Notes under the pieces: model-generated
Told to the model about the DNA's origin: nothing
What the model saw: the letters and a program-made list of their open reading frames with translations, nothing else
Database searches by the model: none
From: the human T2T-CHM13v2.0 reference genome, Homo sapiens
Length of the DNA stretch: 64,000 bases
Assembly: GCF_009914755.1 (NCBI RefSeq)
Contig: NC_060940.1
Reading direction: 5' to 3' (one strand)
Part shown: one piece after another, positions 42,026 to 53,634 of the stretch
Layout of the letters: every line of letters begins with the position of its first letter
How positions within the stretch are numbered: position 1 is the stretch's first letter
Position numbers and translations under genes: made by a program

Positions 42026-43648
42026 TATCGTGCCCTTTCAACAGATGAAGAAACTGGTGAGTTTAAGGAACTGACCCAAGATCACAGAATAATAAGTGGT
42101 GAGCTGGGATTTGCACCTGGGTCTGTGCGTGGGCGAGTCCACCTGGGGCCCGTGTCTTCACTCAGCGAGTATTTATTGAGCATTTAGGGAATTCAGAGGT
42201 AAACGAGATGAACTGAATCCCTGTCTCATGGAGCTTACAGTTTTGTGGGAACAGCAGATAAAAACAAGTAAGTACTTGAAATAATTACAAATGTGGTAAT
42301 TGTTACAATAGGAAGCAGTAGAGGCTGAAATCCATTGAAGGGAGAAGAGGCTGCTGTGCCTTCCTTTGCTCCTTTGCTTCCTTTCATCTGCCTTGCCTCC
42401 CTCTTTCTGCTGTCTTTCTTTCTTTCTTCCCTTAAATGTTACCTACCAACTATGAAGAACGCTGCAAACCTGGGAACCCAGAGGTGAACACGACAGTCCA
42501 GGCCTTCACTAGGAAATGTGCTGGAGCAGAATTAGAGCCTGGGGCTGGCCTGGACCCAGAGCTGCTGGTGCCTTGGACTGCTTAGGGACTGCTGAGCAGA
42601 CCTCCTAGCCCTTTAGAAGTGAGCTTGAATCCCTGCCCAGCCATTTACACACTGTGTTGCCTCAGATAATTGACTTCATTTCCCTCCTTTTCTGTTTTCC
42701 CCTGTATTAAAACAACTAAAAAGGAATATCTATGCTTGCCCTGCAGGATTTTTGTGAGAATTAAATAAGTGTATGTTAATGATGTCATCCTATGCTTAAG
42801 AAATGTTGGTTGTATTACTTTTCACCCTATGCTCCAAGGAATTTTATGGTCTGAAGGTGTCATGGGGTCTTGGCTTTCAGGATGTGACTCACTTAAGGGG
42901 GGAAATGACTGTGCATGTCATAATGCGTGGACATTAAAAAAAATAAAGTTTGCTCCCCAGGGAGGATTTGCCAATTCCCATATTAGTAGGTCCCCCAAGA
43001 TTGTTCCCCTCGGGATTCATGCCTCATAAAATCATTTGATCTGGTGGGATCTCATCTTCTTAATGTGTCTGCCCATCATCTGTTCCTGGGAGGCTTTATT
43101 AGGGCAGTGTGTGCGTGTGTGCGTTTGTGTGCATGCACGCACCAGTGCCATGAGTACTTGTTTAAAGTACCTCCATGTAACCACAATTCACTGTAGTTGC
43201 TATGCACTAGTTACCCATGTTATCTGGAATCCTTCCTGCAACCCTTAGAGGCGACTCTTATTCCCAATTTTATATACGATGAGAAGAAGTTTTGAGTGGT
43301 GGAGTCATTTGCTCAAGGCCACACAGTCACTGAGAACTGGGACCAGGGTTTGGACCCATGCGTCTTTATTCCTGTGCATATTTATTTTCCTCTATGTTGC
43401 ACTAGTATATAAAAGTTGCCTTTCCCACTCCCCTCATTATATAAAAATTCTTTCCTTTGTCTATTTTGTTCTCTACCTCCCTTAAAGTCAAGATAGCTGC
43501 CTGGGATGACTACTTTTTTGAGTTCCTAGTCTCTCAAAGTGGGTCTGGGCCCTGGACTTCCTGTCTGGGCTACTGATTGCAACCTTCAGAACAGGGTCAG
43601 CCCAGGGTCATTTGTGTTCTTTGTCTCCATGTCCTTGCTTTTGACCAG

Positions 43649-43754
43649 GGCCAAACAACCCACCTGCACTGCATGGTTCCCCCAGCAAGAACATCCCAGT
43701 GAGAATGGCCCACAGATGCCTGGGCGTGACTCACCTGCAGCTTCAACCATGCAG
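43649..43754 (+). CDS. CDH13: CDH13 alternative cassette exon, 106 nt, (R)AKQPTCTAWFPQQEHPSENGPQMPGRDSPAASTMQ
   Basis: Long polypyrimidine tract ending in ...cttttgacCAG (AG at 43647-43648) and a donor CAG|GTAAAT at 43755. 80 + 106 nt = 62 codons, which restores phase 0 at the donor. Confidence 0.8.
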
Positions 43755-44187
43755 GTAAATTTGCCTGCTGCTGTGTCGTGTGGCTGGATGGAATTCTTCC
43801 CTAGGGATGCTAAGAAACCCTGTTGCCTAAGTCAGTGCTTCCTGCAAGCTACTCTTTGTAATTCTTTCCCCAAACAAAAAGAAAACAAGAAATATACAGT
43901 CTGTAGCTATATAGAGACACCTGGATCTATATTGTGTGGCAATTGGATTGAATGTAACTTGAAGTTTATTTTTGTCTTACCAGACTAGTGTTTTTTCCTG
44001 TTAATTTAAGTGCTTTAGTGAGGGTTGCCATTGATTGAGCAAACATGTGTTGAGTGCTTATTATGTACCCAGCTCCATTTTCCGTACTAGCCATAGAGCA
44101 GCGAGAGCATGGCCTTTGCCCTCCAATCCTGTTCTGGTGGACAGACACTCTCTCCCTTGACAGGGTCCTCACCACTGTGTGCACCGT

Positions 44188-44205
44188 CCCGCCACCTGGT
44201 GGCCG
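44188..44205 (-). promoter_or_regulatory. Predicted CTCF site CGGCCACCAGGTGGCGGG
   Basis: Near-consensus match to the CTCF core CCASYAGRKGGC. Occupancy is not shown by sequence. Confidence 0.65.
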
Positions 44206-44708
44206 TGCCTATCTGTGCATTCCCTATTTGGTTAACTCATTCACTTAACAAATATTTACTGGGGGAAGACAATATCTCAAGCACAATTCTCAGCATTGAG
44301 GGAGGCAGCAGTGATTAAGAAAGACAAGATTGCCTGCCCCCGTGGAGTTTGTGTTCTCATAGCAGAGAAAGACAGGAAACAAGAAAAATAAATAAATATG
44401 GTAGTTTTGCGTAGTGATAGTGCTATAGAAAAACGTTCAAATGGGGTAGAGTGATAGACAGTGTTGTTCTGAGCTTGTCCACCACCCCCTCTTGGGACAG
44501 AGGATTCTTTGTTCTGATGGAATGGCCTTTCTATAGCATAGAGATGAAATGTGCTACCGTTTGTGAAAGGAAGTTAGTAATACATACATGGCATTTTTGT
44601 CTTCACTGATAAAGTGTTGTTGGTCAACTTTTGTCAACTCTCTACTTTTTGTTTGTGTTGAAATTTTACTGTTGGGAATTTACGAATATGGCAACTAATG
44701 ATTTAAAC

Positions 44709-44902
44709 CAGGGGTAGGTATCCTTTTTCTGTAATGAGCCATCTAGTAAATAGCTGGTTTCTCTTGAAACTGTTCAATTCTATCCGTGTAGCATTAAAGC
44801 AGCCACAGCCGATATGTAAATGAATGGGCAGGGTAATAAAATGTTATTTACAAACACAAGCAGAGCTAGATTGGTCCTTCAGGCTGCCATTTGCCAACCA
44901 CT
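44709..44902. mobile_element. MER58-family element
   Basis: aaagcagccacag..atatgtaaatgaatgggc...aataaaa..ttatttacaaa...tttgccaacc. Confidence 0.7.
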
Positions 44903-47224
44903 AATCTAAACCAGTAGCTGCCTTACCAGTTGGTCAAACTTGTTTAAGACAGGGATAGGGCAGAGGCCAGCGAGGGGAACCAGGCATTCTCTTTGGCCTC
45001 AGTTGCCATGAAAATCATGGTACTTCTTTAGGGTCACATATCACTAGATTATTTGCATTAACTTTTATCAAGGTAAAGATGCTAATAGTCAACTATGGAA
45101 CATAATTCTCAGACTAGATCTAACATAGGAATAATTTAGCTTTGTAATATTTATCTGGACTACAATTTTTAAGGCACTTTTGCTACCCAAAAGTATCTTG
45201 GGGTTAAACACGCTCTTGGATTGAATTCCTCTAAATAAATAGAGACACAGAATTGGGTTCAGGGGGTTAAGTTGGTAAATGATCTCAAGGTCCATAAGTG
45301 AGCGAGTGGGGAGAGTGAGACCAAGAAGAAGGAAAGCCAGCAAGCCAACAGTGAATGTGTCATTGAGGTGGTCACAGTCATGGGAAACTGGCTTCTTGCT
45401 GCTGGGTCTCTACAAAAGCACTGTGTAAAGCTCATTTCCGAATGGTCCCTCCACAGAATAGGTGGCTGAGGGTGTATTCACTCGCCCTTATCTTCTGCTG
45501 GTCAGGGGTGACCCCTGCCGTCATTAACTTCTCTGTGCTTCCCTGCTGAGCCTTTGCTGTCATGGGGAGCAGTCATGACTTTGGAAGCATCATAGCAGAA
45601 AAAATGGAAAGGTATGGCAAGTTGTTGGACTGTCAGGATATGCCCTGGGTAGGGTATGAATATATGTGATTTCTCTTGCCACCATTACATGTTACTGGAA
45701 ACTTCCTCAGTAGAGCTAATGGTAACAGAAAGAATTATGGTAGTGGTAATTTTTAAAACCTTCTGAATTTGGTTAAGCACCCTCCTGCAGATATTCTCTT
45801 TCCCACTAGATGGTACCAGTATGCCAAAGCCCTAGAATGCTACCTTAGGGCCTCGTCTTTGACATGTGATATATTCTCATTACTTTTCAACAATGAATGA
45901 ATAAGCCAGTTGAGGTCAAAGGAATCAACTATGGATGTTTTAGGGACAGGAGATGGGAGAAAAGTGGAGGCTGTCTAAACAGTTACCCTCATTCACGCAT
46001 TCAGTCATTTATCAACAAATATTATTCAGCACTGACTGAGTGCTCAACACTTTTCTAGGCACTGGGAATACAGAAATGAGTAAGACAGGCCAAGTCCCTG
46101 CTCTGGTGAGCTTATGTACTGGCTGGGAGAGAGACAATAAAAAAATGAACAGGTAGGTATGTGATGTCTGCAGGAGGGTGATGAGTGCCATGAAGAATGA
46201 GAAAGCAGGCGAGGGGGTAGATAGCGACAGGCAGAGGTCATGGCGCTTGCCTTCGCTGTTGGCTGTAGGGTGAGAGATTATTTTCATCTGCTTCCCAAAC
46301 CCAGTTCTTCCATTCACCAACTCCTTATGACACCCCTATGCGGTTTATTTTTGAAATGAAACTAACAGCTCATGGAGGGCAAAAAAAAAAAAAAAAAAAA
46401 AAGTGGTGCTTGGCAAATGTGTGTTCACTAGTCGGGGCCCACTGCAGCCTAACACCTAACTCATTGGACTGCTTGTTGGCTGATTTAATTTGTCTGGAAT
46501 ATTTCTGAATTACTATTGTTGTTGACACACAATAGAGTTGCATTTAACTCGGAGGTTAGACTATAAGGTCAGGGTTTTAGGCAAACACAGTTGTCATTAG
46601 CCTTGAAATCTTTTAAGTTGCCCATTAAAGTACAGTAGGCGTGGTTTAGTCTACGCATCCCCGTATTGTAATCAATAGGGAACAATGTATAATGCACGCA
46701 GTAATGTACAGGGCATAATAAAGAATATATGCAAGATATAATTTTATAGCATTTAATTGCAGTATTTACATTGTTCTTTTTCTCTCTCTCTTTGGTGGGA
46801 GAGCTGGCTTTCCATTAGTTAAATGTGCATATGATGAGACTTGACTATATTCATTTAAGCCACATTCCTAATCATACAATCTCCACCAGACTGTGCATTA
46901 CGTAAGGCAAGACCTGTTTTCTCTGTTGTGTTCTGTTTATCTTTGGATTCCCACTACCAGTCAGATGCTTTGGGGTGGGGGAATTGAGGAATAATAATAG
47001 TAGAAGTGGCAGTAATAGTAGCTGATATCAGTGTGGTGCTGATTTTGAACCAGGCCTGGTGTGAGTGCTTCAGATGCATTAATCAGCACATGTAATCCTC
47101 ATAGTGACTCTATAAAATATCTTCTATGGTTTTAATCCCATTTCATAGGTGGGGAAACTTCAGGAGAACTTAGTAAAAGAACCTAATAAAGCTTTAGGAC
47201 TCTAGGGCTGAGATTCAAACTCAA

Positions 47225-47522
47225 GACAATTCCAGACACACAAGACCACATGTTGTATGATTCTATGAAATGGAACAAACTGTCCAGAAAAGTCAAATCC
47301 AGAGACAGAAAGCAGATTAGAAGATGTCTAGGGCTGGGGGCAGGAGGAAATGGGGAGTTACTGCTAATGGGTATAGAATTGCTTTGGGGAAGATGTAAAT
47401 GCTCTGGAGCTAGATAGTGGTGGTGATTACGTTAGCTCTCTGTAAATAAACCCCAAACCTGGGAATCATATATCTTAACCGGCTAAGCTTTATAGTATGT
47501 TACACATGTCTAAATAAAACTG
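47225..47522 (+). mobile_element. L1M 3' end fragment
   Basis: tgtccagaa..g.caaatccagagacagaaagcagattag...actgctaatgggta...ctagatagtggtg. Confidence 0.8.
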
Positions 47523-48043
47523 GTATTGAATAGGAAAACAAGCAAACCTTGGGCAGGTCAGCCTCAGGGCTCCTGTTTGTTCATGAGCACACACCACCTG
47601 TCTTACAGTTGTTCACCACCTGCTGGTGATACTCTACTTGCTTTACTTATATTAACACTGCGACTCCTCAAAAGATCCCCATTGTCCACCCTACTGAGAT
47701 CAGAAAGCGGAAGCAGAACGATGTTGAGAAACTTGGGGCTGGCAAGTGGTAGTTTCAGGATTAAGACCCAGGCTGTTTGGGTCTAATTCCTTCTGGCTAC
47801 ACTGGTTCTTACATGTGTTTCATTCATTAAAAGCAACCTGTGTTATTTGGAACTGCAGGTCACCTTGGCCTATTGGAAATAAAGCAAGGGTTCTTCACGT
47901 TTGTTTTGCTGATTTGTAAAGTGAATTAAGAACCATCTTTTGCCTCACTGGTTATTATTCTCATAGTAGCCTACCCTGGTGTAGAGTTCTGGCTGCAAAG
48001 CTCTCAGAGACTGAAGAAAAGGAGATGGTTTAGTGTTACTGAC

Positions 48044-48313
48044 TTTTTTTAAGACAGGGTCTTTCTCTGTTGCCCAGGCTGGATTGCAGTGGTGCAATCA
48101 TAGCTAACTGCAGCCTTGACCACCTGAGCTCAAGCAACCCTCTTGCCTCAGTTCTGGAAATAGCTAAGTGGGACTACAGGTGTGGACCACCAGGCCCAGT
48201 TAATTAAAAAAAAAAAAAAATTTTAAGACAAGGTCTTGTTATGTTGCCCATGCTGGTCTCGAACTCCTGGCTTCAAGTGATCCTCCAGGAGTAGCTGGCA
48301 TTACAGGCTTGGC
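48044..48313 (-). mobile_element. AluJ with deleted left arm
   Basis: atcatagct.actgcagccttgacc.cctgagctcaagc; TSD tgactttt. Confidence 0.9.
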
Positions 48314-49689
48314 TGACTTTTAAAAGTAGTAAGTGGTTTAGGATGGGGGGTGGTATGGAGGTCGGGTGGGGAGAAAGAGGAGAGAAATCTAATTGATATG
48401 CTAATTGTCATTGTACTCAAGTTGATAGCAGATTGCTGAAGGATTTAGGATTTACCCAAATTAACATGAATGTTTGGCACCCTTTGGCTGGTGCGGCTGA
48501 AGAATTCAATAGCCTAGTAATGAGAAGTCAATCTAAGGTCTAAGGCTGGGAAAGGAGCTCCCACTTCTTACATTCAGTGCTCATCACTCTGCAAATCAAG
48601 GCCCCCCGAACTCCTCCCACCCCTGCCTTCTGCATCTCCCTCTGTGCCCTCCATCACCCCCCTACGGAGTTCCTTTGATTCTCAGGTCCCTTAACCATGG
48701 AACGTACTCCTGTCTGCCCTCACTCGTGGGTTGATGATTTCTATCCTTTGTCATGTTGAAAATGCTGAGTGACAAAGCCATTAGCCATGCACAGTGAAAC
48801 AAGGAAAGCAGCCTAGAGCTGGTCCCCAGACCAGGCCCAGTGCACGAGTTTGGGTGCTGGAAGGGGAGGCTTTATGGAGGCAAAGCTGAGGGGCTGTACG
48901 TGTCTTCACAGGTCTCCAGTCTGTAAAAGCAACCACGCTTTGGGCTGGGGCAGAAGTCAGGACTTGAACTGGCTCTGGCTGGGACCCAGGCTCCCAGGTA
49001 GCCAGCTCCCAGGTGACAGGAGTCCGCTGGGCTCCCTCTGATTCTTAAAGCCTTTCCAGGTAGCAACAGGAGATCACGCAAAGCCACGTAAGTGTCTGAT
49101 TCAGTCCTCCCTGGTCAGTTTTCCAGCAAAGCGTTTTGCAAAATGTGTTCTGAAGAGATACTGGTTCCATGGGAGGTTAATATGGGTTCTGGGGAAAAAA
49201 AATTAGGGGAATCAAAAAATTACTTGTATAAACTAATATTTTGGAAAACTCTGGAGTTAGAGAAGTGGACCAGATTGGGTTTTGTTTTTTCACAAATGAA
49301 AGTCTCTGAGATTGTAGTGTGTTTCAGTTTCAGAGGGCTCTTCCCAAACCCCTGAGGTTAAGGAAACTCTTGTACACAGTGGGTCTCGGGCACTAACTCA
49401 CAGATCACACTTCTGAAAACAAGCTCCTAGGATGCCATATCTCAGAGTACGGGCTTCGACGGGGCCCTTCACCCAGCTCCAGGACCAACTGGGAGCCTGT
49501 TAGGACTGCAAATCCTGTCCTCTGGACCTAGAGAATGAAAGCCTCTGGGGGCAGGCTCAGAAATCTGTGTTTCCAGATTCCACTGGGTTTTCAACTCCAT
49601 CCAGAATAATTCTTCTGGTGTCACTGTGAATATTTGCTGATCCTTCTGACGTCTATCCGTGGTGCTTGTTTCTGAAGTGTAGTCTAAAC

Positions 49690-49906
49690 CGTTGGCTCTC
49701 AACTGTTGGGGTGAGGGGGGTTGTGACCCTCGGGACAGTTTGCAATATCTACAGACATGCTTGTTTTTCACAACCTGGGGAGGGGAGTGGGCATCTAGTG
49801 GGCAGAGCTCAGGGATGCTGTTCAACATCCTACAATGAACAGCACAGCTCCCACCACAAAAGGTTATCCTGACCCAAATACAGTAGTGCTGAGGTGGAAA
49901 ACTCTG
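49690..49906. mobile_element. MER20
   Basis: ggcatctagtggg.agag..cagggatgctg.t.aacatcctacaatg.acag.acagc.cccac.acaaa. Confidence 0.85.
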
Positions 49907-50460
49907 ATCCAAATGCATAGCTTCATACTCACCCAGCACACACAGGGATTTTTATCCTTATCTTATCCTGTTATTACTAGGAGGCTGGAATCTGAAGCTG
50001 GGGCTGTGAAAAGATACCTCACAGCAAGCCGCTATTCATGTATAATTTTTCAAAAGGTAAAACCAAGACTCTTGGGTAAATACGCACTTCAACTCATTAA
50101 TTTATGAAGAAACCAGTAAGATGCCATGGTTATTCCAAAGGGCATTTAAGAAGCTAAGGTATTCGTAAGGAATTTAGCAAAGAAATGTGAAGACGAGATT
50201 GCTGAGTTAGATAAAAAGTGGTTAATGTTCATCATGCCTAAACTTTTGGGGGTTATCTGTTCTATTAGATAAAAAGTATTTGCATCTCTACTGGACAAAA
50301 GTTGACCACTTAAGTGGTGACTTCACAAAGTCTGGGATCTTCAAGAGCAAACAATGAGATGAACTAAGAGCATGCTCCTAAACAACTTCAGGTTGTCCCT
50401 GACTGATAACCAAAGGATGTGCCATCAACCATTTGGGCCTTGTTTGCAAGCTTTGAATAA

Positions 50461-50784
<324 letters not shown>

Positions 50785-51639
50785 TAAGCACATGACTTTT
50801 AATTTACTGGTGCTGCATGGTCTGTGAAAAGTGGGTCAAAGAAATGGGAAGTGATGGGAGGAGAGGTCACAGGAGGCCAAGGTTGTAATATGGTTAGAAG
50901 CCATTTCTTACCTGTCTTCTATGAAGTGTGGGTTGTGAGCGATGCTTTCATTCAAACCTATGAGGTGCATCTTGTCATCATCCCCATCTACAGATGAGAA
51001 AACTGAGTCAGAGGAAGAGTTAGGTATGTCAGTAGCAGGCATGGGCAAAGGAAGGAGAAAGTAATGATCAAGATGATAGAGGGAGAATTGCAATTAAGCC
51101 AGAGAGAGGAAGGATGATGTTATAAGCTCGAGGGAAGCCTGAGTCCAGATCTGAAGCAGATATACTCACAGCACGTTCAGGGGGTAATGAAGAGGCTGTT
51201 ATGGGTGACTATGAATGTGAAGGCAACGTGAGATTGGATCAGAGTTAGAAAGATGACAGTTGTTAATAGCATCAGTGTTATTTTAGCCAAAGGACTTTAC
51301 TATTGCTGTAGTGCAGTGCCTCGCAGTACACCATGACAGTTAAGAGCCCAGGCCTCGAGGGAAGGTTACAGTTTGAAGCCCAGCTCTGCCACTGTAGGGC
51401 TGTGTGACCATGGGCAAGTTGCTTAACCTCTGTGCCTCAGTTACCAGATCTATGAAATGTCGGCAGTGAAACCTAGCTGATATGACTGGGATGGGGATTC
51501 CAGAGAACCTTGTAAACACTTGGTCCAGCAAATAATATGGCCTCAGAAAATAGAAGCTGGATGTGTTTACGTACATGAGGAAATGGACAGATAGGACTTA
51601 ACAGACCATGGTTGTGAGTGACTTGGCTGTAAGTGTCAC

Positions 51640-52110
51640 AGTCTCAGTTTGAGTTTCCTCAAAAGCGGATGCTGTGAGGAGGATTTGAGTGCAATAAATT
51701 CTCTTGGGAGGTGGTCCAAGGGGAAGTGTAGAGGAGTGGGAAAGTGAGGCAAGGAAGGAAAAGGAAACAGACGAGGGGTCTGTTACTCAGGCAGGTACTG
51801 CTCTGGGTGTCTGGAGCTTAACTCCCCTGGGAACCTTTGAGAATCAGTGTGGAATACCTGCTTCCAAGCCATCCCACCTGAGGGGCATGGGAGCTCCAGA
51901 TTTTATGCCACAAATCTGGTTGGCATTGATTCAAAGCTGCCCCAGGGGGCACTGATTTTGAGACTACTGGACTACTCCAGCCTCAGAGAAAGCAGTCAGT
52001 GAAGAGGTGTAGATATTTGCAGTTGGAAGTTGAGCCAGCCCTGTAATGGAAAAGCCAGAAGAGACAGGAGCTTGGGGTTGGGTGGTGAGCTGTCTGTCAG
52101 TGTCTAATGT
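51640..52110. mobile_element. ERVL LTR16/LTR33-like remnant
   Basis: ggatttgagtgcaa...ttgggaggtg.tcc motif shared with the element at 7850. Confidence 0.5.
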
Positions 52111-52120
52111 GGTAAGTATC

Positions 52121-52484
52121 TGATATGGTTTGGCTGTGTCCCTGCCCAAATCTCATCTTGAATTATAGCTCCCATAGTCCCCATGTGTCATGGGAGGGAC
52201 CCTGTCGGGGGTAACTGAAGCTTAGGGGCAGGTTTTCCCTGTGCCGTTTTCATGGTAGTGAATAAGTCTCACGAGATCTGAGGGTTTCATAAGGGGCAGT
52301 TCCCCTGCACATGCTCTCTTGCCTGCTGCCATGTGAGACATGCCTTTACTCCTCCTTCGTCTTCCACTGTGATTGTGAGGCCTCCTCAGCCATGTGGAAC
52401 TGTGTGTCCATTAAAACTCTTTTTCTTTATAAATTACCCAGTCTTGGGTATTTCATCATAGCAGTTTGAAAATGGACTAATACA
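52121..52484 (+). mobile_element. THE1 (B/C-like) solo LTR, 364 bp
   Basis: tgatatggtttggctgtgtcc...aatggactaataca with a perfect 5-bp TSD GTATC. Confidence 0.92.
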
Positions 52485-53564
52485 GTATCCAAAGGCATAA
52501 AAATAGTCATGCACTTTGGGGAAGTAATACACATCTGAGAAGTTAAACAGAGGTAAATACAGGAAAATATGTACAAAATACATTATATTAAATGATATAT
52601 GAATATTGTATATGTTTTATGCATTGTATGTGAAATAGTAATAATAGCCAACGCTTAGGAAGTAGTTGCCACATGCCTGACTCTCCTAAATGCTCTGCAA
52701 ATAGGTTAGATTTCCAGCAAATGAAAACAGGTTAGGCAGCTCAATAGAATATTACATAACCATTAAAGAGGATGGTTATAAAGATGATGATAATGGCATG
52801 GAAAAATCATATGAATGAGAATTGAATACTAAACAGGAGATTGTGTGTGCAGTAGGATTCCTACAAAGCAAAACAAGCCTCTAAATAAAGAAAAAGAAGG
52901 GTGGAATCTGAAAGGAATTTATCAAAATCCTAACTGCAATTTTGTTCATGCGTTGGGATTCAGAGTTGTTTTTTCCCCTCTGGTTTACAAGTCTCCATTG
53001 ATACACTTGCGTTACATCTATAATGAAAAATACAAGAAACTTGAAAAAGTACAAGAAGAAAAAACCTTCTAAAAAATAGGTGGTAAGACCCAGTGAAAGT
53101 TTTAAAGAAGGGAATAACATAATGGAAAATGTATTTCAGAAAAATTAATCTGGGGGCAGTGTGGAAGATGGATTGAATCAGGAAACACCCAAGGTGAGAA
53201 GTCCAGCTTGAAAGCTTGTATGAGTTACTGGGAGTATGGAAAAGAAAGAGCCAATTTTAGATGGTTGATCATGAATGAGATGATGGGGAAGAAAGAGAAA
53301 AGTGCCAGAAATGATTCCAACATTTTAAAGCATTTTGAATGGAAGAAAATAAGCAATGGAACTAATATAAATATAGTTAGAGAGTGAGCGCGCACCGGCT
53401 TTCTTTACATTTGTTGCTTGTTTAAACCTAACAGCAATCCTATATGCTATGCTTTTAATATTCCTATTTTACAAATGACATAATAGAAGATTAGAGAAAT
53501 AAAGCCACTTATCCAAGGTCACACAGGGTCCAAACTCAGATTATTGTGAAATGAACTGGCTAGA

Positions 53565-53634
53565 TAGAAGGATAGATGATGGATGGAAGGATGAATGCAT
53601 AGATGGAGGATGGATGGATGGATGATGGATGGAT
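53565..53634. repeat. (GGAT)n degenerate tetranucleotide repeat
   Basis: Directly visible. Confidence 0.85.

Noticed and set aside
43539-43988. 149-aa ORF as a standalone gene
   Set aside because: Only 43649-43754 is bounded by splice signals; the rest is intronic.
48206-48220. A15 run inside an antisense AluJ linker
   Set aside because: Best explained by slippage expansion of the short A-run in the linker; no TSD to suggest a separate insertion.
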